The translations under genes and the position numbers were made by a program. Below, in pieces: positions 37,678 to 50,781 of a DNA stretch of 64,000 bases. This DNA is from Stegostoma tigrinum (taxonomy: Eukaryota). Each line of letters opens with the position of its first letter. The stretch's first letter is position 1. Below the pieces are notes generated by a model, which did no database searches, was not told where the DNA came from, and saw nothing but the letters and a program-made list of their open reading frames with translations. The DNA is taken from NCBI RefSeq assembly GCF_030684315.1, contig NC_081377.1, positions 33,542,001 through 33,606,000 of the forward strand. Reading direction: 5' to 3'.

Positions 37678-38444
37678 TCTGACTTTTCTACCATGTTTTT
37701 CCAATAAATATCTGTACAAAGTACCAATCTATTCTCTTCACTAACATTCACCAATGTTGAAATATTACATTTAACACCAACGCATCTAATACTTTAAGCA
37801 GCCTTAACTTTGGTTCCTTAATTTCACTTAACTCTAGGTTTGGGCTATTTAATGATATATATTTCCTTTAAACCCCATTCACAATAGTAACCAATTAACA
37901 AAATAGTACATTAAATTATTCTGCTTTGTGAACTGTCAAACACCCTCTTGGATTTATCATCAATGAATCATTTATTCATCAGCATTTTAGACAGCCAAAC
38001 AATCGCTCCCACACCATAAGGGTGTCATCTTATATTTTGCACCTTTTTTGCCCTATCTGACACCCCCCCCCCCATTGAATACACCTCCACTGATGAATTT
38101 TATCTATTAATTTAACAAGATTGTACAAGTGGTGACTGTTTCTCCCACATAAACTGACATCCTACAATTTCAAGGTCATTGGAAGATTATGCTTGTAAGC
38201 ATTGGTTGCAAAGATATCAAGATTATCCGTGGGCTAGTTGTTGCACTGTCCAATTAGAACTAGATTTTAGTTATGTTTCCTGATACATAGCCTATCAAAA
38301 CTAATCTTCTTCCCAAATATGTTTGCTTAAGCTCAACATTCTTATAAAAGGTACCTGAAAAACCAGTTTGTTAACGCTGATCAAATCATTAATTTTACTC
38401 CACGAAAAAAAATCAAATATTTACAATTATAGCCCTCATTATCA

Positions 38445-40085
38445 TCAGAGCATCATACAGTGCAGAAGAGGCCCTTTGGCCCATTAAGTCTGCTCCCCAA
38501 CAAAAACCTACTCTCAATCTACACTTGACTCACTTTCCAGCATTTGGCTCATAACCTTTAATGTAATGGTATTTCAAGTGCTCATCCAAGAATATTTTAA
38601 AGGATGTGAGGTTTCCCGCCTCAACTATTCCCTCAGGCACTGGGTGGATTATTTTCTTCTTCAAATCCACTTTAAACCACCTGCCTTTCACCATAAAATT
38701 ATTCTTGTTTGTGACTCCTCACTAAAGTGGAACGGCTGTTTTCTATGCACCCTGTCCATGCCCCTCAATCTTGTACACCATAATCAGGTATCCGCTCAGT
38801 CTTCTCTGCTTCAGGGAAAGCTTATCCAGGCTCTCTTCATAATTAAACTGCTCAATGCCAGACAACACCCTGGTGAATCTCCTCTGCATCCCTTCCACTG
38901 TAACTACATCCTTCCTACAGAGCAGTGACCAGGATTGCCCACAGTACAGCTCCTACATAACCTTCCTACTTTGTAATCTATGCCACAACTGATAAAGGCA
39001 AGTGTTGCATATGCGTTCTTAACTACATGAACTGCTACCTAAGGGATCTGCGGACAAGCAATCCAAGATCCTTCTGTTCCTTTGAGCTTTCTACTATCCT
39101 TCTATTTAACGAGTGCTCCCTTGTCTTGTCACTTCTTCCAAAATGCATCGTCTCACATTTGTCAGGATTAAATTCAATCTGCCACTGATCCACCCATCTG
39201 ACCAATCTGTCTATATCTTCCTGTAACCTAAGACCTTCTTCCTCACAAACACCCAGTCAGACTTGGTGTCATCAACAAACCTACCTATCATCCTCCATGC
39301 GTTTTCTTCTGCATTGTTTATATATAGCACAAACAGCAATGGGCACAGCATTGGTCCCTGTGGTATGCTACTGGCAAAGGCCTCCAATTACACATACAGC
39401 CTTCCACCATCACCCTGTCTCCTATCACTAAGCCAATTTTGAATCCAAACGTCAAGTTACCCTGGATCCCTTCTTTACCAGTCTTGTGTGGGATCTTGTC
39501 AGAAGTTCTGCTGACTTCTATATAAACTACATCAACCATACTACTTTCATCTACACGCATGGTCACCCCCAAAAATTTCCTTTATTAAAATTCGCTACAT
39601 AGGATCTCTCTCTGACAGAGTTGCACTGACTATCCCTGATTAAAATCTTACTTTTCCAAGTGGAGATTAATTCTCTCTTTCAGAATTTCTCCAATAATTT
39701 CCCTACTACTGACATATGATTCAGTGATCTGTAATTCCCTGGTTTATCTCTACTACCCTTCTTGAAAGGTGGAATCAGTCTTTCAGTTCTGTGACATCTT
39801 CCCTGATCAGAGAGGAATTTAAAAATTTGGCTCAGAACCCCTGTAATTTCCTCCCTCGTCTTCCAAGGAAGCCTGGGATGCAACTCATCCGGACCTGGGG
39901 ATTTTCCCATTTTTAAGCCCAGCAAAACCACTAATCCCTCCTCACTCCATATGACAAAGTGCTCAAAAATTTCAGTCCTTCATCCTGAATTTTTTATCCT
40001 ATCCTCTCTCTGCAGAGTGAAGACTGATGTAAAATACTCATTTAACACCATGCCGATAACCAGTGGGTCCATGCACAGATTACTG
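38445..40085 (-). mobile_element. Degenerate CR1 LINE (AK2 intron 3)
   Basis: KSPGPDELHPRL..KKGSRDKPGNYR..SVVGKLLE; VDVVY..DKIPH; CR1 tail at about 38450. Confidence 0.85.
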
Positions 40086-40381
40086 CCCACTCCTTCCTCC
40101 CACCTGCCGCCCAACTCTTTCCTGGATTATCTTCTTTCCTTTGAAACATAAATTTCTTTTTACCATGAGTTTAATAGTCTCTCCTACTATTTGTGCTCTT
40201 TGGAACTAAAGCAACATTAAGCACAAAATAAGATGGCAGCAATAAACTAATCCCCTGCATTTCTCATAGAACTGTCAAGTCAAATCAAATACAACAGGAT
40301 ATCTTTATTTATGGTGCTTTAGGATGATTTTACAAGACCATGCTTCAATCTGCCATACCATTTTAGTAGAGTTTAACCTAC

Positions 40382-40492
40382 AATCTGTGCCTGATTCACA
40401 GTGCGTGGGAATCCATCCAACAGAAATCCATTTTTGCAGGCTGCGCTGTCCAAGTTTTTATCAATCAGTTCAACCACCATCTCATCGCCGAC
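40382..40492 (-). CDS. AK2: AK2 coding exon 3 ([37 protein letters not shown])
   Basis: Acceptor gtctag|GTC, donor ATT|GTAGGT; 111 nt; adenylate kinase signature FLLDGFPRT. Confidence 0.97.
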
Positions 40493-42819
40493 CTAGACAA
40501 ATAACCAAGAATTAATTACAAACATGAAATTTTATAAAATAAGCTTCAGTGCCTTCTAGCACCTCATTCTGGAAACTAAAATGGACGGCTGTTCAAGACA
40601 GACTTTTAGCTCTGGGGTTTCAAAACAAAAAAGCACTATTCACATAAGTTCCCTCATGAAGTGTACACACTGATTCGCCCTACTAGAGGGGGGGGCGATA
40701 TCTATAATGAGCTTTTTCAAATTTCAGTTCCAGCAATTAACTGAAGAGACGGGCTACTATGCTGTTGAAAAATACATACAGTAATAGAATGGAGTTAATA
40801 CCAATTGAACTGAAATATAATAGTACACTTGCCTAGCATCATAAAAGTTACGCTCTTTCAGGCCTTAACAGAACCAACAGTGCATAAATGGATAACAAGT
40901 ACATCAGGGCAACAAAGGTACTTATACTTGGAAAGTTTACCTCGTCTAAAGACCCATAAGGCAGATGAAGCACAAGCTTATATTTATTTCCATAGCCTGT
41001 TGTTTCATCTGGAACAGGTTGCTACACTGAAGTCAAAAAGTTACAGCTTGAGAGACACCACTTTGCATCAAGATAGCTGGCCTGGAGTTTCTCCTGCTCT
41101 TACCTCCTGCCATAGAAGCAGTAGAAGGATTCGCCAGTTGATGAAAAGCCTGTTTAGTCATTTTTCAAATGGTCTTTCGCAATCACTGTGTTCTGAATTT
41201 GGACTGGAACTAAAAGCCTCTGGCGCAGAGGTAAGGTGCAGCCTATTGCATTGCAAGACCTTCCCGACAAGTTACAGTGCAGCTTACAAATAAAATAGAT
41301 ACTATTGAATGAGTCTAAAAAATGCCAATATTTGCTGACCACAGAAAGAGTTTGACAGTCAGGAGAATTATCCAGTTTGAGAATTGAAATGGATAGATAT
41401 AGAACTAAGAGTATGACTAACGTGGATAAGACCAAAATAAAACATTTTGACAGAAACCAGCTGTCATGTTGGCTCTATTCGGAGGTAGAGTGCTACCATG
41501 GTAATGTCATCAAACTTTTAATCCTGAGTTCAAACCTCACCATGGCAGCTTGTAGGACTTGCATCAAATTAGTTAATTAATTAATATTCTTTTTTAAAAA
41601 AGTCACTGATAAATAACGAAATCAAGAATGAAAACAGAGCTAAGTAAAAACTGATGAAGTACGTGAAGCAGTTGGATACAATTCATGTACACATGGAACC
41701 AATTTTTGACTGTTCTAGTAAGATACTTGTATAATCATAATGGGTGAAAGGGTTTCTCGGTTGATCATTCTCAGCTGTTTTAAGTTCCTTAGGTTACACT
41801 AATCACACAGCCACAAATTCAGTTATGCAATATCAGAAACGACATGTATTACAGTAATTCTCTGCAGCCCCATTTAAAAGACAATGAAAGTGGTACACGT
41901 AAAAAGTCAGGCTAATAACAGGTAGCTGAGAAAAACCAAATTAACAAAAGAGTGGAGAATCATTTAGTGTACAAGCTTGCCGATCTCTTTCACAGTGATT
42001 ATAGTCATCAGTAATTTAAGGCCTGGAGAAAGGGGCAAGAGGGAAAGCAAGCAAGGGTTTCCTGATCACTATCCAGCTGTCTTTATTAGAAATACACACA
42101 TTTTGACATTGGATCATCTAACTGCCACTTGATGCACTTTTGGTAAAATTCACTGTTAAAACCTGCACATAATTGATACTTATTTTGCTGTAGTACTGAA
42201 AAGTACCTTGTTTCCATGAACTTAAAAATGCCAAAACTTCAAGAGGGAAACAAAGGCAAAAATTATCAAAGACAAAGACATTTGCAACACAAAATGTATG
42301 TAAATGATTGTGCAAGCCATTTCCACACACAAATGTACATAGTAGATCTCACACACAAATATACAATTCTTGAAAATGTAAACAATTATGCAGGAATCAA
42401 AAATGGGTTCAATGTTTCACAATTTGATGAATTTTAATGTGGTCAGAGAAGCCAATGTAGAACAATGATTTCGTATCTGTCCCATTTGTGGTTTTATCCA
42501 CATCCAGGCAGCAGCAGAGGAGCATTGGATGTTTAATAATATATTCAAGAACTTCCACAACCTGTGGACACAAGTTGAACTTGAATAAGTTGTGGGTACA
42601 AAGAATAACATTATCTAACAATGTTCCTATCTTTTTTACCAATGTGGAATTTGTTAGCTTTGTTCCTCTAATGAAAAAGGATACTTCTGTTGGATGATTT
42701 TGTGTTTTAAATGCAACCCAGTGTTTCCTTGTGGATTAACAGATTGAAATACTGTGAACTAATCTGGAGTGCTGAGCACCTTTTGGTAACTCAATCCATG
42801 ACCATTTTGTTTCTTTATA

Positions 42820-42938
42820 ATATCTATTTTCGAATCAATCTGTTCAGGGAGGTGTAATGCCAACACTGCGGAACAAGTGGAACTTGAACATGAGCCTCCT
42901 AGCTCATAGGTAGGGATACTTCCACTGCATCACAACAG
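42820..42938 (-). mobile_element. Short tRNA-derived SINE
   Basis: Minus strand GATGCAGTGGAAGTATCCCTACC..ATGTTCAAGTTCCAC; homologous to 27628. Confidence 0.55.
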
Positions 42939-43392
42939 CTCGAACAGCAATCATTTTCTATGCGTAACATAATTGACAACCAGTTTTAAGTTAGAGTACA
43001 TCACATGGACCCAAGTGAATCCTCAGTAAGTGACCATAGACTTACACTTTCGCATAAGAGTCACTGCAAACTGTTAAGGTGTAGCAATTGTGGTAAGTTT
43101 TTTTTTCATCTTTGCCTTTGCCCAAAGATACTTTTGTCATTGCATCTCCACCGCCCACCTCTTCCTTCGCTAAATCACCCAATTCCATCAAGGAAATATT
43201 GAAGACAGGATCTTCTTAATGTTTATTAATAAAGTTTTTACACTAAGCTGTTTCTTTACCACTTTGATACCAGCATTTATTTAATAAAGTTTAAATTGTA
43301 TTTAGATACCAATCATAACTTTACAACCCAAAAATAAAGGTATTAGCATTTTAGTACAGAAAACAACGTTCAATTCATTATACAAAACTTAC

Positions 43393-43518
43393 TAATTTGC
43401 CCTCATCCATTGTTTTCTTCAACTTTAGACCCAATTCTGATCCTGTTGCCACCATTGCTCGGAGCATGTCACCTGTTGCTAAGTGACAGACATTGTAGTG
43501 GTCCGCAAGTCTTTGAGC
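43393..43518 (-). CDS. AK2: AK2 coding exon 2 ([42 protein letters not shown])
   Basis: Acceptor ttcctttag|GCT, donor TTA|GTAAGT; 126 nt; HLATGDMLR motif of the NMP-binding domain. Confidence 0.97.
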
Positions 43519-43779
43519 CTAAAGGAAGAAAGGAATGCAATTAAAGGTATCTCTATATATAATTGAGAAGTACCACAAAATTCCTTGAAGTAGATTGTTA
43601 AGACATTGAGTGCATTATGTTCTATTATAAGTTATATTCTGTTTAAACCTTTTCTCTTCTGAAGGTTCTCAGAGGTCCATGCGCAGTAGCAACTTCTGAA
43701 ACTCAAGCACACTAATGAGCATGCAGCAGCTGCACAACTAACAGAACTTTGCTATATATGTTAACTGTAGTCCATCTAA

Positions 43780-44640
43780 CAACAATTTGACTTTACATAG
43801 CACCTTTAACATAATAAAAAAATCTCTTGACATTTCACACCAAGCCATACAAGGACAAATAGCTAATATCGTTGTCAAAGAGGTAGGAGACGGATAGAGA
43901 AGCAGGAATTACTTCAGAAGGAACTTCAGAGCTTTCGGACGAGGCAGCCAAAGGTGATGGTGCAAATAAAAATTGAGGACACACTCAAGGCTCCAAGGAA
44001 CTACCTGTTAAGGCCATTGAGAGATCTGAACAAAAGGTTAAAGAAAATTACACCTGTAACATTGATTCTCATCAACTTGTGTTCCAGCGATGATCAGAAG
44101 GGTGATGCTTGAAAGTGTTTCATGTAACTTCAGAAAGGGACAACAGAATAGCAGGTGTGCTTAAGATTGGAGGATAGCCAGGAGAACACTAGAACAGTCA
44201 AAGCTGAAAAAGAATGAGGGTTTTAACAACAAGTTGGATGAGGCTATAGTGAAAACAGGAAATATTATGAAAACGGAAGCAAAATGTCACTTGTGACCTT
44301 AATAAGGATCATTTCACCACTATGGTAGTGCAAAACCCAATTGGTGATGTTCAAATCTAGAGTTGTGTGGATGATGGACATGATTTTGAGGCGTGACAGG
44401 AATCTGGAAGGAATGGAGTTTGGAGGTGGAATGGGTTTTTTTTGAGAGAGGTTCGTGAACAAAAATTCAAAAGGCGGGTGGGAAATATCAGCAAATGTGG
44501 AAATTTTGCAATAGCCCCAAATCAAACATTGGTGGATCAGCAGTTTTGTGGAAATAGCTCGAGGGAAAGATAGAGGATGACAGAGGAGAAAACGTGTCTC
44601 ATGGACAAAATGAAATCAAACTCAGATGTGAAAACGTAAA
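43780..44640 (-). mobile_element. Degenerate L2 LINE (AK2 intron 1)
   Basis: L2-type 3' end at 43780; remnant HSGEMILIKVTSDILL resembling L2 HSTETALIKVTNDIL. Confidence 0.6.
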
Positions 44641-45114
44641 TGTAAAGATAAACAGTATGAACAAAAGAAAACTTATTGCAATTAGAATGAATTAACAGAT
44701 TTCAAATTAAACAATCAAAATGGCGTATTGGATCAATTCACCTTTTCACATTTCATAACTTGCTGGCTCTTACATGATAACAGTGAGAGCTGATTTAATC
44801 TGAATAAACACTGGTAGCAGTCATGTAGTAACACTACCTTCAACCTTGTTTCAAGATATGGGATATTTGGACTTTCACGAAAGTAGTATCCAAATAACTC
44901 ATTAATGTCCACAATAAGTATCCATTAAACCTAAAGCCACTACAAATTGGCAAAACATTAATTTAAAACTGACTAAAAACAACAGGCATAAGTTATGCAA
45001 CAGACAACACTTTTTGTCCAGTTTTTTAGTTTCTAGTTCCAAAAATTGAAAAATATATACAAACAGTCCCGAGGTTTTGAATGTTTTAAGTCAATTTAAA
45101 AGTCAGAATATATT

Positions 45115-45668
45115 CATGTTGAGGACGTTAGTGAGGCCTTCTCTAAAATAGTTATAGAAAGGATGTTATTAAACTTGCGAGGGTTCAGAAGAGATTTACC
45201 AGGATGTTGCCAAGTATGGAAGGTTTGAGTTGTAAAGAAAGGCTGGGGGTTTTTCACTGGAATGTAGGAGGTGGAGGAGACCTTATAGAAGTTAATAAAG
45301 TAATGACAGTTTAGATAGATATAATGGTAGTTGTTTTTTCCCCTAGGATGGAGGATTTCAAGGCTAGGGAGCATATTTTTAAGGTGAGAGGGAACATATT
45401 TTAAAAAATACATGAGGTGGAATTTTTTTTATAAACACAGGGGGTGGTTCATGTATGGAATGAACTTCCTGAGGAAGTGGTAGATGTGGGTACAATTACA
45501 ACATTCAAAAGCCATTTGGATAAGTACACAAATAGGAAAGGTTTTGACAGATTATGGGCCAGGAGTTGGCAGGTGGGACAATGGGAAAAGTTTAGTTGGG
45601 ATTATGTTTGGCATGGACGGGTTGGACCGAAGGGTCTGTTGCCATGTCGTATGGCTCTGTGACTATGT
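45115..45668 (+). mobile_element. CR1 LINE 3' fragment
   Basis: VVHVWNELPEEVVDVGTITTFKSHLDKY; tail GGACCGAAGGGTCTGTT. Confidence 0.85.
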
Positions 45669-45849
45669 AGGACAACATGAAACAGCCATTTGTAAGTATA
45701 AAGAAACATTCGAATGTCAGATTTTTAGAATTAATATTAATACATCACAAGTAGATAGCATTCGTAAGTTGGATGTTGAAAGTTCGGGACTCCCTGTAGC
45801 TGAAATACCAATAAGGTTCACAAGTCGAAAATAAAAAATGTTGCACACA

Positions 45850-46527
45850 GTTCAGATGTGCAATACAATGCTGCTTTTGGAAGCAGCAAGAATCAGAAGT
45901 CAAGACTGAACAACACCAAGAACCTTTCAAATTAGGGAAATGCTACCTGACAGCAGTTCTCTGGTAGACCTACAGACTTTTAAAAGGCTGATAGGAGCCA
46001 AGAGCAGCAGTGGAAGAGACACCCAGAAGCCTCCAGACGCAAAGCATCAATACCTCTCCCTCTGTCCCTCTATACCCAAACCCCTTTCCAATCAACGATC
46101 AAACCAAAGGCTGACAACAGTGTGTCATCATTACAAAAATCAAAAGGATTAAGAGAAATAAACTCTGCACTTTGTGGTCTGGACTTTTGATCGTTAGACT
46201 TTGGCCAAGGTAAACAAAATTCAATGTTAAACCGTCTGTCTATTGGCTCTTAATGGTGATTGCGTGTGTTTGAGTTTTTGAAAGAATGCAATTTAAATTG
46301 GTATAAATTATAAATCTGTTCTTTTCACTGTCCTTAAGTACACAATAAACAGGTTTTATTTTCTGTTATTGAAGAAATATGGCTGATTACTGTACAGGAC
46401 AATGCAATCAGACAAATTAGACATTTTGGTTGTCTCATTGGGATTTTATACACTTATGCAATTTGTGATGGCTCATCAAACAGTGAGTCAGGATTATTGG
46501 TGCACTCATCCCAGTTAAGCTGTGACA
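45850..46527 (+). mobile_element. Possible solo-LTR remnant
   Basis: A/G-rich then T-rich organisation, AATAAA at about 46344, ends ...CTGTGACA; no partner LTR or PBS seen. Confidence 0.25.
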
Positions 46528-47202
46528 GTTGACAACTTTTTTTTAAATAACTGACACACATCTGCAAATGAAAATCCATTAGCTTAGGTACAACTTCCAC
46601 AGATTGATGAGACTACTGTTAACGTGTTTCCAACGCACAAGTACAAAGTTGGTTTATATTATTCAGGCATTAATAATCCTGATTACAGCATCTTGGATCT
46701 CAGATGTAAACTTGACAATGTACAACATTAATTACTGTAAGATTCACTACATTCTCCCTGCTCCTCTACCATGTATGGTCGCTCCTGAAGTTACAAGCCT
46801 TTTAGATTCAACATTCATTTGCAAGGAATTCTTTACCTCAGTTGTCTCACCACTGCCTTCCATTCTATTTTCAGGGGGCAAGTTTTCTCTGGTTTCCCAA
46901 TGAGTGAATTCCTCATGAAATTTGGGGACTTTCAGGGGCAGTTACACACTCCAACCCCTATTCAGCCCCAATCTTGTACAGAGGAAACCCGCATGTATTG
47001 CGAAGATGCTCCAGAGAAAACTATAGGCTAATATTTTAACCAGCCCTCTGAAAGCCGGCTGGGAGGTAAGAAGGGTAGCAAAATGACACAGGCAAGAAGC
47101 AGGTGGCGTACCAATATATTATCACCACCTCACATCTTGCCAGCAGCTGCTTGGTGGCATACGGTTTGCTCACCTTGTGCCCAAGTGCGGCCCTCAAGCG
47201 TG

Positions 47203-47500
47203 TAAGAACACAAGAAACAGGACTAGGTGCTTCTCAAACAAGCATCCACCATTCAACAAAATCATGTCTGATCTGCTCTAGACCTCAACTTCTCCTTCAT
47301 GCCTACTCAGCATAGCTGCAACCCCCTGATATTTCAAAAATCTATCTCCTCTTCAGCGATGCCACATCCACAACATTTCAGGCTACTGTAGCCATACAGC
47401 ATTCCAAATGTTCACTTCCCTTTGGAAGAAAGTCCTTCACAGTTCAGTTTAAAAATTAGCATTCACTTATTCTATAACCATGTGACCGAGTTCAAGATGC
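47203..47500 (-). mobile_element. CR1 LINE 3' end remnant
   Basis: TAAGAACACAAGAAACAGGA..CCACCATTCAACAAAATCATGTCTGATCTG..ATTCCAAATGTTCAC. Confidence 0.6.
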
Positions 47501-47972
47501 CCCCACAAGTTCAGAAAAGGAAGATTTAGCCAACTTAGGAGTGGCTGATGAAGAAGCAATTCATTTTTCAGTAGTCATAACCTTGGGCCTCTCCTCATCA
47601 AGTATAAAAATAAAAACTGTCCACTTTGACTAGCATAAATTCAGATCTACACAAACATAAAAGTTTTTTTCTAAGAACAGTGCCATGATGCAATTAACTT
47701 GATCAGACTTCAGCTTAAAAGATTTTACTTCCCAGATTTCTTATCTTAGGATCACAAATCTTAAATTTGACTACATTAGTTTCAATCTAGGCTTCAGAAA
47801 TGATCCCATAATTTAAGAACTTAATTGAATGCTTTAACACTGGAAAAAAAAATGAAGATTATTGAAGCTCACTTGGATCTCCAATTTTAGTAAAATGGAA
47901 TCCAAATTATTAATGAAAATTGTGAAATAATATAGCAGTTTGGAAACTTGAGGCAGAAAAAAAAATTTTCAC

Positions 47973-48195
47973 AGATAGTAGGACCTGCAGATGCTGGAGA
48001 ATCTGAGACAACAAGGTGTAGAGCTGGATGAACACAGCAGGCCAAGCAGCATCAGAGGAGCAGGAAAGCTGACGTTTCGGGCCTAGGGACATTTCGGACC
48101 CTGAGGAAGGGTCCAGGCCCGAAACGTCAGCCTTCCTGCTCCTCTAATGCTGCTTGGCCTGCTGTGTTCATCCAGCTCCACACCTTGTTATCTCA
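47973..48195. mobile_element. Fold-back Penelope mini-element in AK2 intron 1
   Basis: Arms 48004-48086 and 48113-48195 are near-perfect reverse complements; extra ~30-nt terminus on the left arm. Confidence 0.9.
48101..48128 (+). ncRNA. Minimal hammerhead ribozyme core (Penelope-associated)
   Basis: CTGAGGA-A-GGGT(CCAG)GCCC-GAAA-CGTC: conserved core, stem II and palindromic ACGT stem III. Confidence 0.55.
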
Positions 48196-48935
48196 AAAAA
48201 AATAATGCTTTATCTGTTGTAAAAATATTAAACAGGACCTGGTTATAAAAATATTAAATCAGACCATCCCCTAATCAATTCAAAGAGTCCTTACCCAAAT
48301 TTAAAATTTAGGAAGCGTATGGATAGACGTTCCATGGCAGAGCTGGAACAACTGTATACTCCCTCCTCTGCCAGAATATTTAACTTGCATGTTGGTAATG
48401 AAAACAGAATTTGATCAACTTAAAGTACTTGATTAAAGATACTTTATTTAGGTTTGTATAATCTACATTTAAGTTAAAGCAGACAGTTTATATTCTCATG
48501 CATAGTGGAAAAAAGCCTAAGGATAATAACTGTTGGAAACTGTAAAACCCCTCATGCTGTAGATTGTGATGGGATGCATAAATACCTCTTGTATTGAGAC
48601 AACTCATGGGTCACACAGAACATCAAAAGAACTATATTAAACTTTCAATATGCTGTATTTTGATCTGTTACGAAATCTAACTGATCTTTACAATGAAACT
48701 GTACTTTTTTTGAAAAAGTAATTTCATCAATAATTTCACCCTAATGACCCACTTCTTCACGTCCCTCTGCCTTTCACGACCCAGCCATGCCTCTTCTTTT
48801 CGTTCCTCTGCCCAATACCCCCTTTCATCAGCCTCTGCGTTTTTGAATCTCCCCCCGCAATGGCTGAACCCACCACCTCCCGGCCTCAAAAGTCAAAACA
48901 TCCCCATCACTCAGTCAACCCCCAGATCCTCTCAC

Positions 48936-49034
48936 CTGTGTGCCCTTCCCTGCCCCGGGGGGCCCCAGCAGAATAGCCCTGATCCCCTTCTGGACACGGC
49001 TCTCTCTCGGTTCCTTGCCTGCTCCGGGACTCAT
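48936..49034 (-). CDS. AK2: Adenylate kinase 2, coding exon 1 (MSPGAGKEPRESRVQKGIRAILLGPPGAGKGTQ)
   Basis: ATG at 49034; P-loop GPPGAGKGT; donor CAG|GTGAGA; 99 nt, phase 0; lies in a CpG-rich promoter region. Confidence 0.97.
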
Positions 49035-49300
49035 ATTTCGTTCGACGTCGGCTCCTTTCGAAAGGCCGGGACCAACGCCACTCGCCGCGTGCTGCCTCGA
49101 ACGACTCCTCTCGCGCTAATTGCCCCAACTCCTCGCGCCGACTCAGTGCGGCGGCGGGTTGTACGGAAGCGGGCAGCTGGAGCGCATGCGCGGTTACCGT
49201 GGGGCGGCAGGCGCTCGAGAGTTTTGTGCGGTCACGTGGTCGGCGGTTGTTTCTTTCCTTCTGGCAGTTCGTTCAGCCGGAAGAGGATATTACGTTCATT
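49035..49300 (-). promoter_or_regulatory. CpG-rich AK2 promoter / 5' UTR with NRF1, ETS and E-box motifs
   Basis: High CpG density; GCGCATGCGC at 49182-49191 (NRF1); CGGAAG at 49164 and 49278 (ETS/GABP); GTCACGTG at 49231-49238 (E-box). Confidence 0.8.
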
Positions 49301-49409
49301 GTCAGTCTTACATGTGTGAGCTGTATAGTTATTGTGTTTGTCTGTTACTTTAAATTAATTTATCTTATTATTTTGTAATTACTTTCGGCATTCCAGCTTT
49401 CATCGTTCA

Positions 49410-50000
49410 GAGATGGTATTGAGCATAGGAGATGGGACGTTTTGTTGCAGCTGTGTAAGGGGTTGGTGAGGCCACATTTGGTGTGCTGTGTGCAGTTCTA
49501 TTGCCCTACTATGGAAAGGACATCATTAAATTAGAAAGAATGCAGAAAATATTTACTAGGATGCTACCGGGACTGGAAAGTTTGAGTTATAAGGAGAGAT
49601 TAAAGAGGCTGGGACTTTTCCCCTGTAGTGTAGGAGAATGAGGTGTGATTTTAGAGGTCTACAAAATCATGAGAGCTATTGATAAAGTCGTTCGTCAACA
49701 GCCTTTCTTCATGGTAGGCGAGTCTAAAACTAGAGGGCATAGATTTAAGGTGTGAGCGGAGTGACACAAAAGAGTCCAAAAATGCAATATTTTTCTCAGA
49801 GGGTGGTGTGTCTGGAGTGTGCTGTTAGAGGTAGTGGTGGAAAATGTGTACAATTTTGTCCTTTTAGAAACATTTAGACATGTATATGGAGGGATGTTAA
49901 CCAAACATAGAAAAATGGGACTACGGTGATTGTGAGAACTGGGAACATGTGCAGGTTGGGCCAAAGGGCCTGTTTGTATGCTGTAGTCCTCTGTGACTAT
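49410..50000 (+). mobile_element. Degenerate CR1 LINE 3' part
   Basis: LVRPHL..CVQF, RMLPGLESLSYKERLKRLG, KTRGHRFKV; tail TTGGGCCAAAGGGCCTGTT. Confidence 0.85.
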
Positions 50001-50608
50001 AAGTTGTTTGAGTTTTATTGTCTGACTTAATTTTTGAATTAGCTATCTAATGGACTGCAGGAGCCTAAGAAAACCCTTTGCTCTGTTGATCTTCTGCTAA
50101 ACTTTGGGATAGTTAATAAGGTTCTCAGAAATTAATCTCCTGTATGCTACTACTTAAGTAACCCAGGGATGGTGCAAAGCAAACCCAGGCACAATAAAAA
50201 TTGTCAATTTCCCATTTTATTTCAAAAACCTTTGCTTTTTACAGTCATCTTAAATTATAAAAAAGGCTGTATATTGAGTGGTTGAGGCAGTTGGAGACAA
50301 TGGGCCATTTGGCAAAACTGCAAGAAATTTGATCAGCCTGATTTTAGCCTCCAGAACTGGCAAATCAATATAGAATTTTCAGGAAAGATACAGTGGGTGA
50401 TAAAAAGGAGGAGGGGGTTAGCAGTATTGGTTAAAGAATCAAGAATGGATGACATACTAAATAAATTAACAAATGAGGCTTCATAGATTGAGTTAGGAAA
50501 AGGGGCAGTCACACTTCTAGGAGTATACTACAAACCCTCAGAGTGAGAGGGAGATCGAAGAACATATATGAAATTTCTGCCTATAGGAATAAAAGGGCAT
50601 AAATAGTA

Positions 50609-50780
50609 GGTGGCACAGTAGCTCGGTGATTAGCACTGCTGCCCCCTATTCCAGGGGCCAGGGTTCAATTCCAGCTTTGAGTGACTGTCTGTGTGGACTT
50701 TGCACATTCTCCCCATGTCTCCATGGGTTTCCGTCAGGCGCTCGAGTTTCCTCCCATAGTTAAAAAGATGCACATGTTAG
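50609..50780 (+). mobile_element. 3'-truncated HE1-type V-SINE
   Basis: GGTGGCACAGTAGC..TTAGCACTGCTGCC..GGTTCAATTCC..TGTGTGGACTTTGCACATTCTCCCC. Confidence 0.85.
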
Positions 50781-50781
50781 G

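Noticed and set aside
40829-41293. 154-aa plus-strand ORF in AK2 intron 2
   Set aside because: Non-ATG start, no motifs, partly repeat-like; consistent with chance
48744-49319. 191-aa plus-strand ORF over the AK2 promoter
   Set aside because: Antisense to AK2 exon 1 in GC-rich, stop-poor DNA; no recognisable domain
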